A stretch of 25,598 nucleotides of DNA, taken from positions 1-25,598 of the forward strand of contig NZ_JAHDSX010000034.1 in the NCBI RefSeq assembly GCF_020969955.1, read 5' to 3'. The notes under the pieces were generated by a model. The model ran no database searches and was not told the origin of the DNA. It was given only the letters and a program-made list of their open reading frames with translations. The position numbers were made by a program, and so were the translations under genes. Positions 15,042 to 22,115 of this stretch are shown piece after piece. Within the stretch, counting starts at the first letter, position 1, and each line of letters starts with the position of its first letter. Source of the DNA: Allobaculum fili (lineage in GTDB: Bacteria; Bacillota_I; Bacilli_A; Erysipelotrichales; Erysipelotrichaceae).

Positions 15042-17011
15042 AAATTTTCACTCTCCAAAAGCTCATCAATATCGGCCCGTTCGAAGCCCTGCCGCAGGCA
15101 GTACATCCGGATGCGCTCTTTTTTCTGTTCGGGCGGTCGGGAAGCGTTCAGCCGCATGGCTTTCGCGAATGCCGCCTGCAGGGCGTTGGCGTCCGCGTCT
15201 TCGTCAAAGACCAGCTCTTCGGCCGCGTCCTTGGCGGCCTCAAACGAATAGCCGCGCGCCATCAGCTTCTGGGTTACCGTTCTTCGGGTTTCCCTGCTGG
15301 ATTTGGTTTTGATTGTGCGGGCCAGGCGGCGGGCAGCCTGACCGGCGTTACTGTGTTCTTTTTCCTCGGAAAGACTGGCGCACGCTTCCCGGATAATTTC
15401 CCGGTCGATGCCGACTTTGTACAGACGGGATTCGACCTGCTTGCGGCTCAGACCGCAGGACTGGCAGTAATCCGCTTTTTCCATCGCGTAGCGGCGGTCG
15501 TCAATGAGACCGGCGGCGACCAGTTCATCGGCAGCCTGCTCGGCAATCGGAAGCGGCGCCTTGAGCTTGAGCATGCAGTAGTCGACGGCCTGCTTGCGCG
15601 TCATGTCGCGGCCAGCCAGACGATTTTTGGTTTTATACATGCACCAGTAAAATTTCTGCAGGTCCAGATAGCTGCTGACCAGATAGCCGTCGAGCTTGGT
15701 GCCGATGGCGATTTTCAGATCGTGGAAATCGTCCATGGGCATGAGCAGCTTGACAGGCTCATCGGAAGAATCGCGTTCGAGCGTCAGAAGGATATAGTCG
15801 CCGGAAAACTGAATGCGGCTGACTTCAAACGTGTGCGAGTAGTCTTCAATCGCCTGCCGGTACACGCCTTCCATGGCCGAAGCGAAGTTTTCCGCGGTCA
15901 TCGGCCGGATTTTCTCCTGACATTTCTCACGGGCTTCCTCTTTTTTGGCGGGATCGAGCGCGATAAACTGTTCAATTTTTACATTCAGTTCTTCCGGGCT
16001 GTTGAAGTAAAAGCCGGTTTTACCTTCTTCCAGCAAATCGTCCAGCACTTCATCACGGCGTCCGAAAACCATGCGGCCGGCAGCCATGGCTTCCAGATAC
16101 GTCATGCCCTGCGTCTCGGAGAGAGAGGCGGAAACAAACGCGTCAAACGCCTGATAGTATTTCCCAATGCTGTCGCGGGGAGCGGCACCCAGAAAATGAA
16201 TGCGCTCGCTGCCCGGTCTTGCAGCAGCATACGCCTTGTAGTAGTCCGCGTCCGGTCCATCGCCGACAACCGCCAGATGAACGTGCGGATTGGAACACGA
16301 TGAGATCGCATCAATAGGCATTTCCAGCGACTTTTCCTTGGCCAGACGGCCAACGAAGACGAGAATGACTGCTTCGGGATCCTCACTCACCCGAGCACGA
16401 ATGGCACGGACTTCCTCGTCCTGCGGATCAATGTCGGTAAACCGGCTTAAATCCAGACCGGTCGGAATAACGTAAATCGGCGCGAGCACACCGTATTCAA
16501 TAAGCGCTTCGCGCGTTTTTTCACTCGGCGCCACCACTGCCTGCACATTGTTGCAGACTTTGCGGCTGGCCGCCTTGATGGCGTCCTTGGAAAAGCGGTC
16601 GATCTTTTCGTTGCCGCGCGGATTGATGTAGTGGGTATAGTCGGTAAACATCGTATGGTACGTTTCGACCAGAGGGATGGACAGCGTCTTGGCCATGTGC
16701 TGTCCGTACAGGCCGACGCCAAAATTGGTCTGCAGATGAATCACATCCAGATTCATCTCTTCAATATAGGCGGCAGCACCCAGATTGATGGGAGAAGAGA
16801 CCTTATAGCCGTAAAGACTTTTGAGCCGGAATCCCGGAAGACGCAGAATGCCGTCCTCATAGTCGATTTTGGTTCCGGCGTGGTTTGTGATCACAAAAAC
16901 CGTATGGCCGGCCTTTTCGAGGGCGTTTTTCAGCGTCACCGTCGAACTGACCACACCGTTAATATCCGGTACATACGTATCACTGACCAGTGCGATTCTC
17001 ATTTTCCTCAT
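15038..17011 (-). CDS. Fusion protein: GT4 glycosyltransferase (monoglycosyl-diacylglycerol-synthase-like) N-terminal domain plus a full-length RecX-like C-terminal domain, 657 aa
   Basis: Residues 1-390 begin MRIALVSDTYVPDINGV and carry the EX7E motif SETQGMTYLEAM. Residues ~395-657 contain RecX-like helical repeats (TRKQAVDYCMLK, LSRKQVESRLYKVGIDREIIREA, TQKLMARGYSFEAAKDA, IRMYCLRQGFERADIDELL). An alternative start at ATG 17002 (MRIALV...) has better ribosome-binding-site spacing. Confidence 0.87.
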   Translation of the reverse strand: MRKMRIALVSDTYVPDINGVVSSTVTLKNALEKAGHTVFVITNHAGTKIDYEDGILRLPGFRLKSLYGYKVSSPINLGAAAYIEEMNLDVIHLQTNFGVGLYGQHMAKTLSIPLVETYHTMFTDYTHYINPRGNEKIDRFSKDAIKAASRKVCNNVQAVVAPSEKTREALIEYGVLAPIYVIPTGLDLSRFTDIDPQDEEVRAIRARVSEDPEAVILVFVGRLAKEKSLEMPIDAISSCSNPHVHLAVVGDGPDADYYKAYAAARPGSERIHFLGAAPRDSIGKYYQAFDAFVSASLSETQGMTYLEAMAAGRMVFGRRDEVLDDLLEEGKTGFYFNSPEELNVKIEQFIALDPAKKEEAREKCQEKIRPMTAENFASAMEGVYRQAIEDYSHTFEVSRIQFSGDYILLTLERDSSDEPVKLLMPMDDFHDLKIAIGTKLDGYLVSSYLDLQKFYWCMYKTKNRLAGRDMTRKQAVDYCMLKLKAPLPIAEQAADELVAAGLIDDRRYAMEKADYCQSCGLSRKQVESRLYKVGIDREIIREACASLSEEKEHSNAGQAARRLARTIKTKSSRETRRTVTQKLMARGYSFEAAKDAAEELVFDEDADANALQAAFAKAMRLNASRPPEQKKERIRMYCLRQGFERADIDELLESENL

Positions 17012-17021
17012 CCTTTCCTGA

Positions 17022-17101
17022 ATTTCTATTTCTCAAGATTTCTATTTCTCAGAATTTCGGTTTCGAAAACCTTCTATTTCAAAAAGTTTCTGTTTCTCTA
17101 A
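17022..17101. repeat. Five in-register 16-nt tandem units (consensus aTTTCtaTTTCtcaaa on the plus strand, GAAA-rich on the minus strand)
   Basis: The units are 17022-37 atttctatttctcaag, 17038-53 atttctatttctcaga, 17054-69 atttcggtttcgaaaa, 17070-85 ccttctatttcaaaaa and 17086-101 gtttctgtttctctaa. The array directly abuts the ribosome-binding site of the GT4::RecX gene. Confidence 0.85.
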
Positions 17102-17348
17102 ACGTATCTATCGTCTTAATGTCTGATCGGCGAACACCCCGAAGAAAGGGGTCTGCGTCTTAGTGGGTGCGGGCCATTTTTCAAATTCCCGCTTTTCTCA
17201 TGCATACGGTGTGTGCACGGGTGCCGCCGGGCAACTCCGCATGCACGCCTTTTGTATCGGTTTTTCTGGGATTTCTTCTTTTACAGTTTACCTGTACAAA
17301 AGTGTATTCAGCTAACGATTATACGCCTTGTCCACGGCAAAGCGCCCA

Positions 17349-17387
17349 GAAAAAAAGCCGCTTGTGATCCGAAATCGCAGGCGGCTT
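17349..17387 (-). terminator. Rho-independent terminator after the UPF0104 membrane-protein gene
   Basis: A 7-bp stem pairs aagccgc (17355-61) with gcggctt (17381-87), with an inner 5-bp helix. On the minus strand it is followed by U7. Confidence 0.7.
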
Positions 17388-17396
17388 ACACGCTGT

Positions 17397-18692
17397 TCAG
17401 ATTCCAGGTTCGATCTTTGCGCAGGGCGCATCCGATGCCGAAAGCGCGGAGGGCAAAGATACGATGGACATGTTCCGAGTTTTGCCGGCATCCCCTTGCG
17501 GCGTTGCCGGCTCGCTGCCCGAAGAAGATTCCGTGTTCAAAGCAGGCGTTTCGGTCTTCGAATCGAGGTCTGGATCGGCTTTTTCCGAATCCGGACGGAC
17601 ATTCGATTCGGCTTTTGCCTCTCCATCGCCGCTCGATGAAAGATCCGCTGAAATTTCGCTGAGCTTTTCCTTTTCTTCTTTGGCGGTCATGCGGTTTTTG
17701 AAAATCATGAACACCAGCGCCCCGCCAATTACAGGGATGTAATAGGAAGCAAAGCGCCATATGAGAAGCACGGCACCGGTCAGCTTTCCAAGCATGCCGG
17801 AAAAAAGCATCGTAAAGAACACTTCTGTACCGCCGCTTGCGCCGGGCAGGGGAACAAAGCTGTTGGCCATCGTGACAAAGGAAGCCAGCGCCATGGTATC
17901 GATCAGCTGATCGATCGACAGCGGGATGCCCAGGGCAATCGCCACCAGATACGGCAGGGAGAAGTACATCGTCAGACGAACGAAGTTGACGAGAGCGGTT
18001 TTCAGAACAAGCGTCTTGTTTTTAGAGAGACTGCGGATCTGCTCGGTAAAGCCGGTCACCTGTTCCATCCAGATGCTGACCTGCTCTTCCGGATTTTTAA
18101 TCAGATGCAGCTTCGAAAGCCAAATGGGAAGCTTGCCGGAAAGCCAGATATACATTTTTGGAAACAGCGCGAGGGTATACAGCGCTGCGATGACGACCAG
18201 ATTGACCAGATAGCCCGCGGCAACGATCCACACCCACGCATTGAGATTGACGTAGTGCGTAAAGCGGAAGATGAACAGAAGCGTCACGTAAATCATCATG
18301 ACGGTCTGATAAATAATGAAATCTGCCCAGAGCAGTCCCACGCTGTCGCTGTAGGAAAAGCCCTGCTTTTTCAGGACGTAAACCTGACCGAACTGGCCGC
18401 CGGTTGAAGACGGCGTAATTCCCGCAAAGAACGTTCCCGTAAACGCGACGACGGTTCCCTGCTTGAGCGAATAATTCTTTTGGTAATGTCTTGCCAGAAC
18501 CATGTAGCCCGCGCCGATCACGACGTTGATGGCCAGGCCCCACCCCAGAACAAAAATCAGGGAGAAAATATTCATCTGCGCGATGGCGGCGACAATCTGA
18601 CTGAAGTTGTCTTTCAGCGCAAAATACATCGCCACAACGGTTACCGCGACAATCAGAAGAATATTCCAGAAGACTTTTTTATTCGGGCGCAT
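17397..18692 (-). CDS. UPF0104 / lysylphosphatidylglycerol-synthase-TM-region family membrane protein (flippase-like) with an acidic Ser-rich C-terminal tail, 431 aa
   Basis: It has about 8 TM helices and the conserved GASGG motif (VPLPGASGGTEVFF). I moved the start to the ATG at 18692 (MRPNKKVFWN...), preceded by AAAGGAG plus 7 nt. This start overlaps the end of the upstream GT4 gene by 14 nt. Confidence 0.85.
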   Translation of the reverse strand: MRPNKKVFWNILLIVAVTVVAMYFALKDNFSQIVAAIAQMNIFSLIFVLGWGLAINVVIGAGYMVLARHYQKNYSLKQGTVVAFTGTFFAGITPSSTGGQFGQVYVLKKQGFSYSDSVGLLWADFIIYQTVMMIYVTLLFIFRFTHYVNLNAWVWIVAAGYLVNLVVIAALYTLALFPKMYIWLSGKLPIWLSKLHLIKNPEEQVSIWMEQVTGFTEQIRSLSKNKTLVLKTALVNFVRLTMYFSLPYLVAIALGIPLSIDQLIDTMALASFVTMANSFVPLPGASGGTEVFFTMLFSGMLGKLTGAVLLIWRFASYYIPVIGGALVFMIFKNRMTAKEEKEKLSEISADLSSSGDGEAKAESNVRPDSEKADPDLDSKTETPALNTESSSGSEPATPQGDAGKTRNMSIVSLPSALSASDAPCAKIEPGI

Positions 18693-19749
18693 GTGCGGGC
18701 TCCTTTGGAGTCTCGAATTTTTCCTTCCACGCATCCACATAAAATTTTCGCCAGAGATCCAGCACGTGTTCGCGGGAATAGAATTCGGATAAGTGATCGC
18801 TCTTGTGCGACCAGAAGGTGTACAGCTCTTCGTTGTTTTTCAGAGCGGAGAGCAGTTCGCAAAACTCTTCGTTGGAATTGCCCCGCAGATAGTCGTCAAA
18901 GAGGATATCCCGGTACAGATCCAGATCCCGGGTAACCAGCGGCAGCGACAGATTGACTGCCTCCAGAATGGTCATCGGGAAAAGCTCGTTATAGCTGGGG
19001 ATGAACAGAACATCCGCCATGTTGTAAATCCGGACCATTTCTTCCCGCTCGACAATGCCGGTAAAGGTCACGTTGGCTGGCGGATTGTCCATCATTTTCT
19101 TCAGTTCTTCGTAGCCTTCGGTCATTGGACCAAAGGAGAAGCCGCCGGCCCAGACAAACTGGGCATCAGGCATGGCTTTCGCCGTGGCGACGAAGTCCTG
19201 CACGCCTTTGCGCGTCTGCACCTGGCCGCAGCCGAGAATGACAAAATCATCCGGCTTCAGCCCGTAGCGCTGGCGCATTTCGAGACGGTCGGCCTCGGGC
19301 AGGCGATGGAATTTTTCCTTGGAAACATAGTTCGGAATGTAATAAATTTTCGATCGGTCAATTCCGTATTTTTCCAGTTCCTTAATAAAGGAAGGGTTGA
19401 CCACGACGAGGCGGTCGGCGGAATTGTAAAAATTGATAATGTATTTTTCGGCCGTCGGATAAAGGAACTCTGGAATTTTCAGCGATTCCTCCAGGGTATC
19501 GGGGAGAAAATGGCAGTAAGCAATATTGGCGGACCTTTTGTTTTTCAGGCGGATCAGAAACGCGGGATCCAGCGTATGAAAATGCTGGATATCCGGATTC
19601 GATGTCCACTTGTTGATTTCCACGTCAAAAAGGTCGGAAGCTCCTTCCTGAATCAGGCGAACCTGCTCCTCATAGGCGCTTCCCACACCCTGACCGGCTA
19701 CTGAGTCGGCACTCGAGAACATGGTGATCAGTAATTTGTCTTGCTTCAT
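18679..19749 (-). CDS. GT4 glycosyltransferase, diglycosyl-diacylglycerol-synthase (CpoA/alDGS)-like, 356 aa
   Basis: The N-terminus ITMFSSADSVAGQGVGSAYEEQ is typical of this glycolipid-synthase subgroup. The EX7E motif is NELFPMTILEA. A GGAGGAAA ribosome-binding site lies 8-9 nt upstream. Confidence 0.87.
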   Translation of the reverse strand: MKQDKLLITMFSSADSVAGQGVGSAYEEQVRLIQEGASDLFDVEINKWTSNPDIQHFHTLDPAFLIRLKNKRSANIAYCHFLPDTLEESLKIPEFLYPTAEKYIINFYNSADRLVVVNPSFIKELEKYGIDRSKIYYIPNYVSKEKFHRLPEADRLEMRQRYGLKPDDFVILGCGQVQTRKGVQDFVATAKAMPDAQFVWAGGFSFGPMTEGYEELKKMMDNPPANVTFTGIVEREEMVRIYNMADVLFIPSYNELFPMTILEAVNLSLPLVTRDLDLYRDILFDDYLRGNSNEEFCELLSALKNNEELYTFWSHKSDHLSEFYSREHVLDLWRKFYVDAWKEKFETPKEPAHAPE

Positions 19750-19769
19750 AGTCAGGTTTCCTCCGTTCG

Positions 19770-19778
19770 ATTATAGCA
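19770..19778 (-). promoter_or_regulatory. Extended -10 element TGcTATAAT upstream of the GT4 operon
   Basis: The minus strand reads TGCTATAAT. No good -35 is present, and the predicted transcription start would fall within or next to the ribosome-binding site, so its function is uncertain. Confidence 0.3.
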
Positions 19779-19835
19779 CAGGCCCTTTTCCCCTTTTTGG
19801 GCCGACCGAAGCGCTTCATGCGCCCGTCCTGGCTT

Positions 19836-19873
19836 TAAAAAAACGCGTCTGAAATCCCCCTCTTCGGATTTCA
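19836..19873 (-). terminator. Terminator-like hairpin (T3) in the gene-free region
   Basis: An 8-bp stem pairs tgaaatcc (19850-57) with ggatttca (19866-73). On the minus strand a U7 run follows after a 6-nt gap. Confidence 0.35.
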
Positions 19874-20020
19874 AATGCATTGTACCTGTAAAGCCGCCTG
19901 AAAAAGGACTTACCGTTCTGTAATAAGAGAAAGTTAAGAACCTTGCCTTCATGTCATCGGGTAATTTTAGCGAATATTTTTCTTTTGTGCGCTGAGTGTA
20001 CCCCAGATTGTTCATACAGC

Positions 20021-20050
20021 CCAAAAAAATAAAGCCGGCTTGCTCCGGCT
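20021..20050 (-). terminator. Terminator hairpin (T2) in the gene-free region
   Basis: A 6-bp GC stem pairs agccgg (20033-38) with ccggct (20045-50) around a 6-nt loop. On the minus strand it is followed by UUUAUUUUUUU. Confidence 0.5.
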
Positions 20051-20316
20051 CTACTCAAGAAAGTTTTTAAAGAAAGGGAATATGATTGTGAAGCGAGCTG
20101 TTCTACTGCTCACCTGTATCTTAGCATTCTCGTTTCTCCCCGTACGTCTCATGCCCGGTTAAAACGTTTCATTCTCAATCTTTTTTAAATGATATATTTG
20201 AACGAATTTCATATTTTACAATCCGATTCAATTGATATGCCCGGGTCAATGGATTCTGCAGCGTACACCGTGGAGAGCGCGAGCTGCTCCCGCTTTCTTC
20301 TGAGAAACAGCCGGCT

Positions 20317-20350
20317 AAAAAGAAAAGCAGGACGGCTCCTGCTTTTTTTC
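20317..20350. terminator. Bidirectional rho-independent terminator (T1) after the EIIA-like gene
   Basis: An 8-bp stem pairs aagcagga (20325-32) with tcctgctt (20337-44) around a 4-nt loop, with an A-rich 5' flank and a T7 3' flank. Confidence 0.8.
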
Positions 20351-20410
20351 GTTTTCCATTTGTGATTTTCAGCTGTCCCGACAACTATGGATCGGGTCAG
20401 GATGGATGAC

Positions 20411-20809
20411 CTAGATGCCGATCGGGGTGAGTCCGCTGCGGCCTTCGGCGAGAAGAACCTGACTGAGTTCACCATCGGAAGCGATCTGATCTTTATAGCG
20501 CAGCGCCGCGCTCACGCAGGGGACGTTGGCGCCGGCGATAATGAACATGCGTTCGATCATGTGCCGCTTTTCGAGAATAAGCCACGCTTCCTGCATGGCC
20601 TTGGACATGGCAGCATCGCACAGAATCAGCAGCGAGTCCTTGTTGTGGACGGTGTTGCAGATGGAATCCATCGTCTGCCGTATGCGATCCACATTATCGC
20701 CTGGAATGGCGAACGTATCTTCATCCGCTTCCAGACCGGTAATGGCCAGCGTGCTGTCCAGCAGCGCCGGACCAAATGAGCCTTCCCCTAAAAGGATCAG
20801 TTTCCTCAT
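20411..20809 (-). CDS. PTS EIIA(Man)-fold protein lacking the phosphorylatable histidine (degenerate EIIA-like), 132 aa
   Basis: The sequence is colinear with EIIA-Man: LILLGEGSFGPALLDS..., SLLILCDAAM, FIIAGANVPCVSA. The ATG overlaps the upstream stop (ATGA at 20806-20809). The ribosome-binding site is AGAAAGAGAG. Confidence 0.6.
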   Translation of the reverse strand: MRKLILLGEGSFGPALLDSTLAITGLEADEDTFAIPGDNVDRIRQTMDSICNTVHNKDSLLILCDAAMSKAMQEAWLILEKRHMIERMFIIAGANVPCVSAALRYKDQIASDGELSQVLLAEGRSGLTPIGI

Positions 20810-21396
20810 TGCGCATCTCTCTTTCTGCGGGCTTCCAGACGGCGTTCCTTACGGGACTTGGGAGCGGATTTTTTCTCTTCTTTCCATTTCTCCCATTCTT
20901 CCATCGTCCAGGCAGCCATTTTCTTGCTGACGGCAAGCTCCTTGGCGTTTGTCAGATAAATCATGCTCGATTTGAACCAGCCCTTGGCCGGTTTTATGGC
21001 GCGAATGTTCTTGAAACGGATCAGATCCGCTTCATACAAAATGGCATCCGGCGTAAGGACAATCGTACCGTCGCAGAGCGCTTCGCCAAACATGGCTGCC
21101 GCAAAGACCGCCAGACCAAAATAGACGATCGCCTGCGAATAGCGGGTTTCTTCCACCGCTTCGCTTGCGGCCGGCATGACCAGAATCATGATGCCTAGAC
21201 CGATACATGCCGCGAACATCGCCGCATACATCCAGATGCGAACTGTCCCCACATGGACTTCCTTCGCATTCTGATGCGTCTTCAGTACGTGTTCTCTCAT
21301 TTTTCTGGACTGAAAATAAAGCTTCCAGTTTGTGTAGCCCGTAAATCCGCCCATGCCGACGAGAAGAGCTGCGATAATCCAGAAGAAAATATCCAT
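20806..21396 (-). CDS. Hypothetical membrane protein (3 predicted TM helices, a soluble C-terminal domain and a basic tail), 196 aa
   Basis: The ribosome-binding site is GAGGTGG plus 7 nt. Hydrophobic segments are FFWIIAALLVGMGGF, IWMYAAMFAACIGLGIMILVM and AIVYFGLAVFAAAMF. I recognised no family. Confidence 0.72.
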   Translation of the reverse strand: MDIFFWIIAALLVGMGGFTGYTNWKLYFQSRKMREHVLKTHQNAKEVHVGTVRIWMYAAMFAACIGLGIMILVMPAASEAVEETRYSQAIVYFGLAVFAAAMFGEALCDGTIVLTPDAILYEADLIRFKNIRAIKPAKGWFKSSMIYLTNAKELAVSKKMAAWTMEEWEKWKEEKKSAPKSRKERRLEARRKRDAQ

Positions 21397-21615
21397 TTCG
21401 TTTCCACCTCAGTTTTCCGTTTTCAGGATTTTAAAACCCTGCTGTTTTTCTTTTTCTTAACGTTTTTATTTTATCCATCGAATCAGAGGATCTGACTTTT
21501 GGAATGTATATTCGATATCTTATCAGTGATCGGCTTACAATGCTTCGATTCATCCTGTTTCCTTTCGAAAAGAACGGGAAGTAAAAAGGCTGTTCGCCTG
21601 CGAAGGAGGAAATTT

Positions 21616-22110
21616 ATGAAGGATCATTCGAGATCGTACGAAAAGACGATTGAATTCATCAATACGCACAACCCGTTTCTCAAGGAAAACGGACTGGCGA
21701 TTACGGCGCTCAGTGACGGACACGCGTGCGCTGAACTGAACGCCACGGCTTCGCTGATCAACATTTACGGCATGGTCCATGGCGGTGTCCTGGCCACGCT
21801 GGCGGACATGGCTGCCGGCGTCTGCGCCACCGCGGATGGCGGGCAGGTTGTGACACTCAGTTCATCCATGAACTGCCTTTCGGCTGCTAAACCCGGCCGG
21901 CTTACGGCTGAGGCGAGCCGCATTCACGCCGGCAAGTCGACGGGGGTCTATACGGTAGAAATCTTTGATGAAACCGGCAAACGCATCGCTCAGGGCACGT
22001 TTACCATGTTTTTTCTTCACGACAAGTTTCAGGGATTCTCAGTTTTACAGGAAAACGAAAAGCGTTTCGGATCCGAGCCTGATCCAGAATCCAGTTCGGA
22101 TCCAGAATAA
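21616..22110 (+). CDS. PaaI-family (hotdog-fold) acyl-CoA thioesterase, 164 aa
   Basis: I moved the start to the ATG at 21616, preceded by GAAGGAGGA plus 5 nt. The hotdog motif is NIYGMVHGGVLATLADMAAGVCA, followed by ...GKSTGVYTVEIFDETGKRIAQGTFTMF. Confidence 0.85.
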   Translation: MKDHSRSYEKTIEFINTHNPFLKENGLAITALSDGHACAELNATASLINIYGMVHGGVLATLADMAAGVCATADGGQVVTLSSSMNCLSAAKPGRLTAEASRIHAGKSTGVYTVEIFDETGKRIAQGTFTMFFLHDKFQGFSVLQENEKRFGSEPDPESSSDPE

Positions 22111-22115
22111 AACCA

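Noticed and set aside
17012-17348. A search for a LexA (Cheo-type CGAAC-N4-GTTCG) box upstream of the RecX-fusion/yhaM operon.
   Set aside because: The only hit is a half-site-like cgaacaccccgaag (about 17131-17144) with no matching second half. I see no evidence for SOS control in the sequence.
17167-17662. Plus-strand ORFs 17167..17367, 17213..17662 and 17328..17639 in and around the long spacer.
   Set aside because: They are Arg/Cys/Pro-rich, mutually overlapping and lack a ribosome-binding site. They also run antisense into the 3' end of the UPF0104 gene.
19752-20024. A 90-aa minus-strand ORF directly upstream of the GT4 gene.
   Set aside because: It has no ribosome-binding site. It reads through terminator-like hairpin T3 and the TGcTATAAT element and ends 2 nt before the GT4 start. 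Its composition is unremarkable and I recognised no motif.
20175-20384. A 69-aa minus-strand ORF with an apparently perfect lipoprotein signal (KRKKAGAVLLFFLAGC).
   Set aside because: The 'signal peptide' is encoded by the A-run, stem and T-run of terminator T1 (AAAAAAAGCAGGAGCCGTCCTGCTTTTCTTTTT). The start would be a TTG without a ribosome-binding site, immediately after the upstream stop. It is most likely a coincidence of terminator sequence.
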